Part shown: positions 41,988 through 50,739 of the stretch, piece by piece
Layout: each line of letters starts with the position of its first letter
How positions within the stretch are numbered: position 1 is the first letter of the stretch
NCBI GenBank assembly: GCA_049512075.1
Contig: JBEKXL010000011.1
Coordinates: 1-64,000, forward strand
Length of the DNA stretch: 64,000 bases
Direction: 5' to 3'
Origin: Candidatus Bathyarchaeia archaeon
GTDB lineage: Archaea; Thermoproteota; Bathyarchaeia; Bathyarchaeales; Bathycorpusculaceae
Notes under the pieces: model-generated
Seen by the model: the letters and a program-made list of their open reading frames with translations, nothing else
Told to the model about the DNA's origin: nothing
The model's database searches: none
Made by a program: the position numbers and the translations under genes

Positions 41988-42590
41988 CTACCTTCTATCT
42001 ATCCCGATTATGTACCAGTCCTCGGGACGGTCATACTCAGTGTCGACTGTTAAGTGTAATATTTGGAGTTCCGGAAATCTCTCTTTCAGATCATCCAAGT
42101 CAATCGCCTCAAACCTCTTTTTGTTGTTAAGATAGGCTTCCCTAGTTAGAGCGTTTGACTGGTAGTTCTCTTTGGTTCTTCTCAAAATCCTCGCAATTGA
42201 AACTTCTTCAGAGCAGTGAGTCTGAAATATGACAAAAGTCATCTTGTATTTTGCAGCAATCGCAGCAGCACGTCTTCGTAGTTCTTGCGTTACAAAAGTC
42301 GCATCCAATATTACGCCTCTATCCTTCCGTACGAGATCTTCTGCTCGGCGAAACGTCTCATCATAGACAAGCTCTCGTTTGCCCATATTTGACGCAACTT
42401 TTTCGTCGAAAATGTCCTCATTCTTGAGAACCTCCAGTCGAATCAAATCGGTTCGAAGGATTGGATATCCCTTGATTTTTGAGATCTCCTCTGAGGACTC
42501 TGTTTTCCAGGTTCCTGGAAGTCCACATGTAATCAGCAGAGTTGTGGGCTCTAACTCAGCCTTAACAAACTCGGCAAAAGGTTCTCTCAA
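41988..42590 (-). CDS. P-loop kinase (AAA_33/COG0645-type)
   Basis: ITCGLPGTWKT, LRTDLIR, VILDATF, RILRR. Confidence 0.88.
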   Translation of the reverse strand: MREPFAEFVKAELEPTTLLITCGLPGTWKTESSEEISKIKGYPILRTDLIRLEVLKNEDIFDEKVASNMGKRELVYDETFRRAEDLVRKDRGVILDATFVTQELRRRAAAIAAKYKMTFVIFQTHCSEEVSIARILRRTKENYQSNALTREAYLNNKKRFEAIDLDDLKERFPELQILHLTVDTEYDRPEDWYIIGIDRR

Positions 42591-42774
42591 CCTGACATAC
42601 TCTCACAAGTAGATTTAGCAGGGCAAAATTAAACCTTTGCGGCAAGAAATGGTGGTGACCTGTATGAACCCCGCGCGCGCTTTCGCCATCAGGTCTTTCG
42701 TGAGTAGCCAGGTCAGAACGCGCTTCGGATTTCGGCTGAGTGTTTTGGTTGACTATAGTTTTTCCAACTAAAGC

Positions 42775-42867
42775 GTATACTCGATTTCGATAACATCTAT
42801 CTATAGTAGATTATGGTATCCTTCCTGTTCCATTAATGTCCATAGATGTATCCTGAATCGGGTATAC
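42775..42867. repeat. Imperfect 26-bp inverted repeat
   Basis: GTATACTCGATTTCGATAACATCTAT ... ATAGATGTATCCTGAATCGGGTATAC. Confidence 0.8.
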
Positions 42868-42895
42868 AGTCTTCAGCCGTCCTTCAGAAGGCCTA

Positions 42896-43136
42896 TGGTT
42901 GTCCTTTTCCCCGTCCGTCGTGGTTGTCGTGGTTCGTGGTCGTCGTCGTGGTCGTCCGTCGTCCGTGTTTATTTTTTTTGGTTTTCGTCGTCCGTCCTTT
43001 GGTTGGTTGGATAAAACTTTATCCTTTCTCTCTCTAACTTTCTAACTCACTAACTAACTCTCTATACCTACCTCTCTCTGTAAGACACAGATAGACAAAC
43101 AAACACAGACAGACAAACAGACAGACAAACAAACAG
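42896..43136. repeat. Three abutting low-complexity blocks (A-less, G-less, T-less) with a central palindrome GGATAAA-AC-TTTATCC
   Basis: 42896-43010 has one A (GTC/GTG/GTT repeats); 43011-43079 has no G (CT/CTAA); 43082-43136 has one T (ACAG/ACAA). Confidence 0.9.
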
Positions 43137-43160
43137 TTTTGGTTTTGCGGAAAAGTTATT
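43136..43160 (+). promoter_or_regulatory. BRE/TATA promoter duplicated before both GNAT genes (second copy about 43850-43872)
   Basis: TTTTGGTTTTGCGGAAAAGTTAT is identical at both sites. Confidence 0.75.
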
Positions 43161-43198
43161 AACTGAGACAAAAATGACTGTCGTTATGGTGAATTGAG

Positions 43199-43780
43199 TT
43201 GCTTGAAGGCAAACCCATGAAGAATGTGGAAAGGAAATCACTTATCGGTGAAAGGGTCTTTCTCAGACCTTTCAGCAAAGATGACCTGCCTCACATTCAG
43301 AAGTGGTCCAATGACGCTGAACTTAGAAGACTGATAGGCGAAGTTGCGCCGATGAGTCGAGCGGACACAGAAAAATGGTATAGAGAACTGCTGGCTGATG
43401 AGGATCGGGTTTGGTTTGCGATTGTTCTTAAGAAGGGTGACCGAGTGATAGGAGAGGCTGGATTGTTGAGAATGTTCAGACCTTGGCGAAGTACGGACAT
43501 GACCATAATAATCGGGGAGAAAGATGAATGGGGAAAAGGATACGGAACTGAGGTGGGTCATCTACTCCTTCACTATGCTTTTGGACAACTGGGGTTTCAC
43601 AGAATTTCGATAGGCGTGGTCGGTTTCAACAAGAGGGCACTGAGATTTTGGGAAAGTCTAGGCTTCAAGAAGGAAGGCGTCGAGAGAGATGCGCATTACT
43701 ATGACAACGAATACAGCGACGGCATCATGATGAGCATTCTTGAGAACGAATTCAGAAAAAGCACAGAAGATACGAGATGA
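43199..43780 (+). CDS. GNAT family N-acetyltransferase (RimJ/RimL-like)
   Basis: GERVFLRPF, WGKGYGTE, FNKRALRFWESLGFKKEG. Confidence 0.92.
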   Translation: MLEGKPMKNVERKSLIGERVFLRPFSKDDLPHIQKWSNDAELRRLIGEVAPMSRADTEKWYRELLADEDRVWFAIVLKKGDRVIGEAGLLRMFRPWRSTDMTIIIGEKDEWGKGYGTEVGHLLLHYAFGQLGFHRISIGVVGFNKRALRFWESLGFKKEGVERDAHYYDNEYSDGIMMSILENEFRKSTEDTR

Positions 43781-43910
43781 CCAGATTTGACGCAAGCAAA
43801 TTGATTAATATCGAATAGAGGATTCGTTTATCAGTCCTTTTGAGCCAGTTTTTGGTTTTGCGGAAAAGTTATAGCCACACCGAATCAGACTGCTAGGTTG
43901 GTGAATCGGC

Positions 43911-44435
43911 TTGCTTGAAGGCAAGAATGTGAACCTTAGAATAGTGGAGAAGGAAGACCTACCGTTGCTACACGAATGGGACAACAATCCCGATTTTAGG
44001 GGAGAGTTGGAACAACTCAGAGAAGAGACGAAAACCGATTTGGAGAAACTTTACGACAATCTAACGGATTCTCAGTGGTTCTTTATAGAGAAGAAGGACG
44101 GAACAAAGATTGGAAACATAGCTCACCTTTTGTCGGCAGGAGAGGTAGAGGTCGGATACTTTGTCGTGCCTAATGAACGAAAAAAAGGCTATGCTAGTGA
44201 AGCCATCATGATAATGGTTGACTACCTGTTTCTCTCAAAAGACTTAGAGAGAATCCAAGCAAAAGCTGACCCAGAAAACATTGCATCTTGCAAAGCTCTT
44301 GAGAAAGCAGGATTCAAGAGAGAAGGAATCCTAAGAAAAACCTTCTTCTGCAGAGGAAAATGGAAAGATGACTGCATGTTCAGCATTCTCAGAGAAGAAT
44401 GGAAAGAACCAAAAATACTAACAAAAACCGCTTGA
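43911..44435 (+). CDS. GNAT family N-acetyltransferase (RimJ/RimL-like)
   Basis: EGKNVNLR, RKKGYASEA, ENIASCKALEKAGFKREG. Confidence 0.92.
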   Translation: MLEGKNVNLRIVEKEDLPLLHEWDNNPDFRGELEQLREETKTDLEKLYDNLTDSQWFFIEKKDGTKIGNIAHLLSAGEVEVGYFVVPNERKKGYASEAIMIMVDYLFLSKDLERIQAKADPENIASCKALEKAGFKREGILRKTFFCRGKWKDDCMFSILREEWKEPKILTKTA

Positions 44436-44455
44436 AGCACGGATTAGCTAGAGTC

Positions 44456-44479
44456 TTTCTGTTCTACGCTTTCGACATA
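44456..44479 (+). repeat. Partial copy of the 16563/17304 repeat upstream of the recombinase
   Basis: TTTCTGTTCTACGCTTTCGACATA versus 17299 TTTCTGTTCTGCACTTTCGACATA (22/24). Confidence 0.75.
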
Positions 44480-44614
44480 TTCTTTATGAGCCAGTTTGAC
44501 CACGATGTTTATTGGAGATATCTATGTCAGTCGGGAATACGGGAGAAGACCTTATGATTAGTTGGCTATTTGGCAAACTTGATATACCACACAAAACAAA
44601 TGGAGTGTGGTTGA

Positions 44615-45760
44615 ATGGAATTGAGTGTTCAAGAGTTTCTGGATTCAGTTTCGAATCCAAACACGAAAAAAGAGTACAGGCATGGACTGAACAAGTTCTG
44701 TCAATGGTTCGGAAAGACAGCAGAGGAAATCCTTGAGCTGAGAAAAGACGACCTGACCCAAAGGGCAGGCGAAAACCTGATTGAATACCGGAACAGAGCT
44801 GCAAGATTTGAGAAGGAAATAGAAAAGTTTCATGGTTATCTCTTGACACAGAAATGCAGCATCAATACGGCAAGGACACAGACCTTAGGAATAAGGCAGC
44901 TTTTCCGATTCTACGAAATGCCCATAAGGTTCAGAGCAGGCAGCAAAGTGTCCAAGACCGTTAAGACTACCAAGAACTTCCCACTGACAATCGAGCACGT
45001 AAGAGCTATGTTCCAAGTTGGAGACCTGCGAGAACGACTGGTCTTAAGCGTAGCTACAGATCTGGGACTAAGAATAAGCGACTTCATACAGTTCAAGAAA
45101 GCTGATATACCACCACTAAGCCAAGAACCGCCGATTGCGTTTGACACTATGACCGGCAAAGAAGATGTCGTAGCTCATGGGTTCCTAAGCAAAGAAACTG
45201 TTGATCTGTTGAAGGTCTATTTGCCCACGTTGGAGAAAAAGAATGGAAACCCTTACCTGTTCCCCTCAAATGGCGAAAGCCACATTTCAGATGAATGGCT
45301 AAACCGACTACTGCAAAGGCTGGCTGAGAAGGCCAAGATCGACGTGAAGGGCAAGAGCTTATCATTTCATTGTTTCAGAAAGATGCTTCTCTCCGCAGCT
45401 ATAGATTCGGGAATAGGATTGACGGCGGGAAAGAAGCTCTGCGGAAAAGCCATAGCCCAGTCTGACGACACGTATTTGACGACTGTTAATCTCAGACAGA
45501 AGTTTATCCAGTTAAAGAAGTTCCTGACCATAGGTGAGCAGCCAAGAGTGGAAGCTGAAAAAGTCGAATCCCTAAAGAGCGCCATAAACAAGCTTCAAGA
45601 AGAACTGACGCAGCAGAAACTGATAACCGACACCATCTCTGAAGGAAACATCACAATCAAAAACGAGAACACGGATTTGAAGGGGAGAATCATAAAGACA
45701 GAACAGAGGCTTGCAGAGTTGGAAAAGCTGACCAGGCAAGCGTTAGAACAAACAAGCTAA
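44615..45760 (+). CDS. Tyrosine recombinase/integrase with C-terminal coiled coil
   Basis: SAM-like N-terminus (NTKKEY...F), GLRISD, YLFPS, FHCFRK, LCGK...DTYL. Confidence 0.92.
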   Translation: MELSVQEFLDSVSNPNTKKEYRHGLNKFCQWFGKTAEEILELRKDDLTQRAGENLIEYRNRAARFEKEIEKFHGYLLTQKCSINTARTQTLGIRQLFRFYEMPIRFRAGSKVSKTVKTTKNFPLTIEHVRAMFQVGDLRERLVLSVATDLGLRISDFIQFKKADIPPLSQEPPIAFDTMTGKEDVVAHGFLSKETVDLLKVYLPTLEKKNGNPYLFPSNGESHISDEWLNRLLQRLAEKAKIDVKGKSLSFHCFRKMLLSAAIDSGIGLTAGKKLCGKAIAQSDDTYLTTVNLRQKFIQLKKFLTIGEQPRVEAEKVESLKSAINKLQEELTQQKLITDTISEGNITIKNENTDLKGRIIKTEQRLAELEKLTRQALEQTS

Positions 45761-45890
45761 AGCCTAACTTCCTCTTTTTTTCCTCGTCTCTCTCTGGAAT
45801 ATTTCAAACACAGGTATGCTTAACATATGCGCGCGCTCAAAATCATATATAATAGTTGCAGGTTAGCTAGCAATTAGCAGGTGAGTTGTC

Positions 45891-46322
45891 ATGTCAGAAA
45901 AAGATCTTAAGGCGCTTACGCGTCGGATGTATGAGGAGTGGAACAAGGGGAAGGCGGCCACCATAGCCGACATAGACGAGACATATGCCTCTAACTACGT
46001 CTTTCACAGTAGCATGGGCAGTGATATACGCGGCCTCAAAGACTTCAAACAATTTATGAGCGCGTATTATGACGCGTTTGCTGACATTTGTTGGACCTTG
46101 GGTGACGTGGTTGTCGAAGGGGACAAGGTAGCCGTACGCTGGATAATGACTGGCACACACAAAGGTGAATTGATGGGTATCCCCCCTACCAATAAGAAGG
46201 TGACGATGTGGGGGATCGAGATCGACCGCGTTGCTGGCGGCAAGTTGGTTGAAGGCTGGGCAAGGTTTGACACTATGGGCTTGATGCAGCAACTTGGAGC
46301 TATACCTACGCCCAAGAAGTGA
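45891..46322 (+). CDS. SnoaL-like ester cyclase (NTF2 fold)
   Basis: EGDKVAVRWIMTGTHKGELMGIPPTNKKV...GGKLVEGW..FD.MGLMQQLG. Confidence 0.93.
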   Translation: MSEKDLKALTRRMYEEWNKGKAATIADIDETYASNYVFHSSMGSDIRGLKDFKQFMSAYYDAFADICWTLGDVVVEGDKVAVRWIMTGTHKGELMGIPPTNKKVTMWGIEIDRVAGGKLVEGWARFDTMGLMQQLGAIPTPKK

Positions 46323-46625
46323 ACATAACCTCAACAAATCCTTTTCATCTTTCCCCTCTTTTTCTGTTCGTTGTTCCTAGGCGCGCTCTCTAGTTTGTCT
46401 AAATGGTTATAGCGCGCGCGCTAAGGCTTTTAGGGCTAATCGTCATGCTGTTTAGTTTGAAGTTCTAGGCCTTGTTACAAATTGATGTAAGGCTTAGCGC
46501 ACGCTAAAATGACACGTGGATGCGCGCGCACACGCACTAAAAGCAATTAAAAAATTCAAAATGATGCTAATCCTGATAAAAGCATGAGGAGCATTGAAGA
46601 AGCAAGCAATTATTCCGCGCGCTAA

Positions 46626-46766
46626 GAAGAACTGACACAGCAGAAGACGATTACAGAAACAATCTCCGAGAAGAATATCGATTTGAACCAGAGAATAGGT
46701 GAGACTGAACACAAGCTTGCAGAGCTGGAGAAGCTTATCAGAAAGACCTTGAACGAAACGAGTTGA
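46626..46766 (+). pseudogene. 3' remnant of a second, paralogous recombinase
   Basis: EELTQQKTITETISEKNIDLNQRIGETEHKLAELEKLIRKTLNETS* aligns with the C-terminus of 44615-45760. Confidence 0.88.
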
Positions 46767-46930
46767 AAGCTGCGAGCGAGGGACCTTTGTCACGGTTTAT
46801 GCCAGGATCTATGCTCACATATTGAAAAACGATGAATATCCACATGTAGATACCAGAGTGTATCTATGCGCGGGCTACCGGGGTTCGGCTAACGTTTCAA
46901 CCGATCCATAAACTGCCTGAGAAACTGCGC

Positions 46931-47278
46931 TTGAATTTGACTGAAAGCGCGCGCGCCCCGGCGGCCATAAGAAACCTTCGCTACAAGAAACAGCTAGCAA
47001 TCAGAGCACACGACGAAACCAAAGCTCTGTTTCTACAAAGAAACGAGTTAACCAACTTGGTGAAGAACCTTCAGGGACAGAAAAGAGTCCTAGGTTACCA
47101 GGTGGACTATCTTAAGACTGAGAAGGAAAGGCTTGAAGCAGCCATCGCGACAGATAAGACTTGTCTGGAGCAAACTCTGGCTCAAGCATTGATAAACCTA
47201 AAGATACAGAGGCCAGACTTGTTCACTTTGTCCGGTCCAGAGCAAATAGCCATGCTGTTAAAAGTAATTTTGAAATGA
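46931..47278 (+). CDS. Hypothetical coiled-coil protein, possibly 5'-truncated
   Basis: Heptad pattern; the ORF start overlaps a (GC)5 tract. Confidence 0.55.
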   Translation: MNLTESARAPAAIRNLRYKKQLAIRAHDETKALFLQRNELTNLVKNLQGQKRVLGYQVDYLKTEKERLEAAIATDKTCLEQTLAQALINLKIQRPDLFTLSGPEQIAMLLKVILK

Positions 47279-47473
47279 GCGAGCGCGCGCTGAATCACTA
47301 GTTGGAGCATCCATTTTGCTTATGCATTTTCTTTTTTAAAAAAGCGCGTGCTAGGCTCTGAGATGGATGACTGAAGAGAAGAAGAGGAGCTTAGTCGCCC
47401 CAGAGCAGGAGAGCTGGGTTGATCCTCAATTTTTAAAATAGAAAAAAGGTTTGGTTGGTTTTGATACCGTTTT

Positions 47474-50038
47474 CTATTTCAACTTGATTGCTATGGAGTA
47501 CGTGGTTCCGTCGTCCAATGTTACTATTATCTTGTGGGATCCTGCGGATAGGCCTTTGGTGCTGAGGTTGAAGATGTATTGGTTGCTGGCCGGATCATAC
47601 CTGAAGCTGTTGAGATTGTTAGACTCCCCAGAAGATGCCCCCGGATTCGATGCCGAGTCGACCCATATGTGAGCCACGGCAGTTGATACGAAGTTACCAC
47701 CGTTGTCCGTGAGCTGGAACATTGCTGGAACTACGCTGCCAGCCTTATAGATGCCACCACTCTTGAGTGGAAGAGCGAAACCACTGAACACGTAGACCAC
47801 ACTATACGTGACGGTCTTTGTGGCGATGTTGCCCGCTTTATCGGTGGCTGTTATGGTGAAGCTCTTAGAACCAACCGTGCCAGTATCGATGTAGCTTCCA
47901 CTCGGCACAGGACCGCCCCAACCTGCTAAGCCGGAAACAGCGTCGCTACAACCATAATCCGCAGCCACGAGCTGCTTCAGGATATATGTTGCCCCATTCG
48001 CTGGAGTGGTTGCCGTGATCGCTGGAGGAGTCTTGTCTATCATGATTGGTTGAGTCTTGGTCGATTCAACGTTGCCAGCGTTGTCTGTGGAATTATAGTA
48101 AACCGTCGTCGTGCCCTCTCCACCTATCGTGAAGGGACTTGAGTAGGTAATCCAAGTTGGGCCGTCTAAGCTATATGAGGTCCCAGCTACGCCTGAACCG
48201 CCAACATTATCGTTCGCTGATAGAGTTACCGCTACGTCAGAGACGTACCAGCCGTTGTTACCAAGATCTCCAGATAAAAACGCACTTGTTACAGGCGGTG
48301 AATTGTCCATAACGTATATCACCGCGGCCGTGAAGGCGGACGACACGATCCACGAAGTCACGGACGTGGAGTAGAATCGTTCTCCATTCGCATTTACTGG
48401 GTTTGTTATGGTCACCTTGGAACCAGCGTCGCACCACCCGATGAAGGGGTTTCCGTCGCAAATCGCGGGGTAAGTCCCAGTCTGTTTCGATATGGCGTTT
48501 TCCACCCAGGATACTGTCGCATTTGCGGGGTAGGGAAGCCCTGTGGTGGTGATAGTAACGTTGAACTGGTGGAAATAGTTGACCGTGTAGGTTAGGGGTT
48601 CGGCTACAGACCATACATGTGTATCGATGGTGTAGTATCGTTCCGTGCCGCTGTTTTGAACATCATTCTCTATGTAGAGTTGTGTGCCGTGGTCACATTC
48701 GTCTGACCATGTTCCGCCTGAAATACTGCCAGTCATGCCAACGCCGTTCTTTGTATAGTGTACAATGTTTGATGCACTGTCTAGTCCAGGCGTGTTTATG
48801 GTCATCATGTGCTCTCCGCTCAGGCTGAGCGTTGGGTCTCCAAGTATAGTCAAGCCGTAATACATGCCTCGGTCCTGCTCGCCCCACGCACTAAACCAGT
48901 GTCGGAAAGCGTCGCCGAGGGCAAAGCTTTGGCCCAAATCACCGTAGAACAAGTCTTCACCCCGCTCCATGCCGCCTGGCTTAGTACTGCCAACGGCTGC
49001 GAGTCCATACGTCGGTGTGAATATGTACCATCCACCCACATAATCTTGTTGAGTGAAGTCTGCTGCTTGGCAGACAAAGAGATTGTAGAAGAAAACATGA
49101 GGATCTGTATTGCGAACATCAGGGTTACCCATGACCGCAACGTGCTGGGGGGCTGGGTAACCTTCGTATACGGAGCTAGATGGGTGGGAAGGATCTGGAA
49201 TCAGGAACCCATGTCCGGCACTATTACCATGGCACAAAACATCTACGAAACTCCATCCCTCACCAAGTCGGTTTAAATAATCAGATTTGCATGTGGTAGC
49301 GTTGTTTTCAACCAGTGTGACAGCATCCGCATAGACATAGGCTTTAGCAACGTTGTCTTTGATATGCAACTCAGCGGAATCAATAAGTGTCCAGGGGTCG
49401 TCAACGTATACCAGGGCCCTCTGGGGAAGGGCTAGGCTTCCAATCCTGTATGCATGGTCTTTGTCAAAGTAGTTCTCAATAAGCGAAACCTCATTGTCCA
49501 CCATCGTGTCTGCCTTGAGACGTCCAACCCATATGTCAGGCGCGGTGTTTCCTGTATGCTGATCATACAAGCCATTATGGTTTGAATCTGTCCAGGTGCC
49601 GTCTAAATCCATGTAGAAAAGGTCTATTGGAAACTGTTCATAGGCATTATTATCATCAGGGTTGTTCATCTCGTACATTGCAGCCGGTATATTGCCGACC
49701 AGTAGGCAACCAGCCAGATCATTCCCCGCCTTCTGCAGGGCACTCCGTTCCGAGCTTAACCAGGCTCTAATATCCTCTGGGGTTCCACCATCAAATTCGT
49801 AGACCGCGCAGCCGAACCCCGTGGCCTCCAAATCTTCCTTATATCGTGCTAAACGAACAGCTATGACGCCTTGTTCCCATAGCGACGAGTTGACCAAAAC
49901 ATAGACGTAGCGCGAGTTGTGAGACGAGCCTATGACTGGTACAATGTTAGCGCGCGCGCTAATGCTTTTTGGAGCAAGCATTGAAAACATTGGTAAACAC
50001 AGAATGCTTATGATTATCACTGCGAATATCTTTTTCAC
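47474..50038 (-). CDS. Secreted C25 (gingipain-family) cysteine peptidase with Ig-like and PxKF-like C-terminal domains
   Basis: LLVGNIP, DLFYMDLDG, PDIWVGRL, CHG, C..ADF, ILGDPTL; DNSPPVT/YSLDG/DNAGNVE domains; start re-assigned to GTG at 50038 (signal peptide). Confidence 0.9.
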   Translation of the reverse strand: MKKIFAVIIISILCLPMFSMLAPKSISARANIVPVIGSSHNSRYVYVLVNSSLWEQGVIAVRLARYKEDLEATGFGCAVYEFDGGTPEDIRAWLSSERSALQKAGNDLAGCLLVGNIPAAMYEMNNPDDNNAYEQFPIDLFYMDLDGTWTDSNHNGLYDQHTGNTAPDIWVGRLKADTMVDNEVSLIENYFDKDHAYRIGSLALPQRALVYVDDPWTLIDSAELHIKDNVAKAYVYADAVTLVENNATTCKSDYLNRLGEGWSFVDVLCHGNSAGHGFLIPDPSHPSSSVYEGYPAPQHVAVMGNPDVRNTDPHVFFYNLFVCQAADFTQQDYVGGWYIFTPTYGLAAVGSTKPGGMERGEDLFYGDLGQSFALGDAFRHWFSAWGEQDRGMYYGLTILGDPTLSLSGEHMMTINTPGLDSASNIVHYTKNGVGMTGSISGGTWSDECDHGTQLYIENDVQNSGTERYYTIDTHVWSVAEPLTYTVNYFHQFNVTITTTGLPYPANATVSWVENAISKQTGTYPAICDGNPFIGWCDAGSKVTITNPVNANGERFYSTSVTSWIVSSAFTAAVIYVMDNSPPVTSAFLSGDLGNNGWYVSDVAVTLSANDNVGGSGVAGTSYSLDGPTWITYSSPFTIGGEGTTTVYYNSTDNAGNVESTKTQPIMIDKTPPAITATTPANGATYILKQLVAADYGCSDAVSGLAGWGGPVPSGSYIDTGTVGSKSFTITATDKAGNIATKTVTYSVVYVFSGFALPLKSGGIYKAGSVVPAMFQLTDNGGNFVSTAVAHIWVDSASNPGASSGESNNLNSFRYDPASNQYIFNLSTKGLSAGSHKIIVTLDDGTTYSIAIKLK

Positions 50039-50294
50039 TTCTTCTTTCTCCTTTTTTGTCCAATGTTGTTTAGACAAATACGGCCTATAAGACTTATGAA
50101 ACCATCTTCTATGCCACTCTTTCCCCCGCCGATTAAACGACATCAGTATCGCGGCGCGCGCTATTCACTGATCTCCATCGCTTCATCTTGAGCTTCCTGG
50201 TCAAATCCCAGACAGGCGCGCAAATTTTTCTCGGGACAAGCGCGTTGATCTCCCATTCTTCATAAGGCTTATATTCATAATTGCCTATCTCTAA

Positions 50295-50356
50295 CTTGGT
50301 ATATCAACTAAACCGAAAAGCTAACTATTTGTTAGGACTTCGGGAGATATCTCCAC
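50295..50356 (-). repeat. Inverted homolog of the recombinase upstream region (44514-44589)
   Basis: Minus strand GGAGATATCT..GAAGTCCTAACAAATAGTTAGCTTTTCGGTTTAGTTGATATACCA versus GGAGATATCT...GAAGACCTTATGATTAGTTGGCTATTTGGCAAACTTGATATACCA. Confidence 0.65.
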
Positions 50357-50559
50357 TCGTTTTCAATAGGTTAAGCTAACAATTCTAGGAATCCATGTTT
50401 GTTTTCGTTCCTCAAATAATGTGCAGCGCGCGCCATAAGCTTCGTTTACGCTTTGGGTTTGGCGCGCGCATGCGAAGGCAAATGAAACCTGAACACATGC
50501 GTCGAAGACGACTGCTTAGTAGGCCTGCCAGACCCTGCCATTCAGGCTTTGTACCACTG

Positions 50560-50706
50560 GCAACACTACCCATAGTCCCTAGTTTGTTACAATGCAGCAT
50601 TACGATTGGCGTTACAAATAAACGGAACCGGTTGACTTTGAAAGAATAGTTCAGCCTGTTTTCAACATGGATTGTCACAATTCAACATTACAACGGAAGT
50701 TACAAC
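50560..50706 (-). repeat. Dispersed element copy 3: two GTAA-triplet units
   Basis: Plus strand GTTAC/ATTAC/GTTAC at 50586/50599/50611 and GTCAC/ATTAC/GTTAC at 50674/50687/50699; flanks align with 17954-18092. Confidence 0.75.
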
Positions 50707-50739
50707 TGAAAAGAGGGGTCGACCTCACACGCGGTTCAT

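Noticed and set aside
42846-43037. 63-aa poly-Val ORF
   Set aside because: Artifact of the GTC/GTG low-complexity tract
44615-45760. Classical integron integrase (IntI)
   Set aside because: No IntI-specific insertion visible between the catalytic boxes and no attC-consensus sites near cargo genes
46871-46879. CGGGCTACC matching the tRNA-Gln 3' end as a possible attR
   Set aside because: Only 9 bp, expected by chance, and the intervening 32 kb includes core genes
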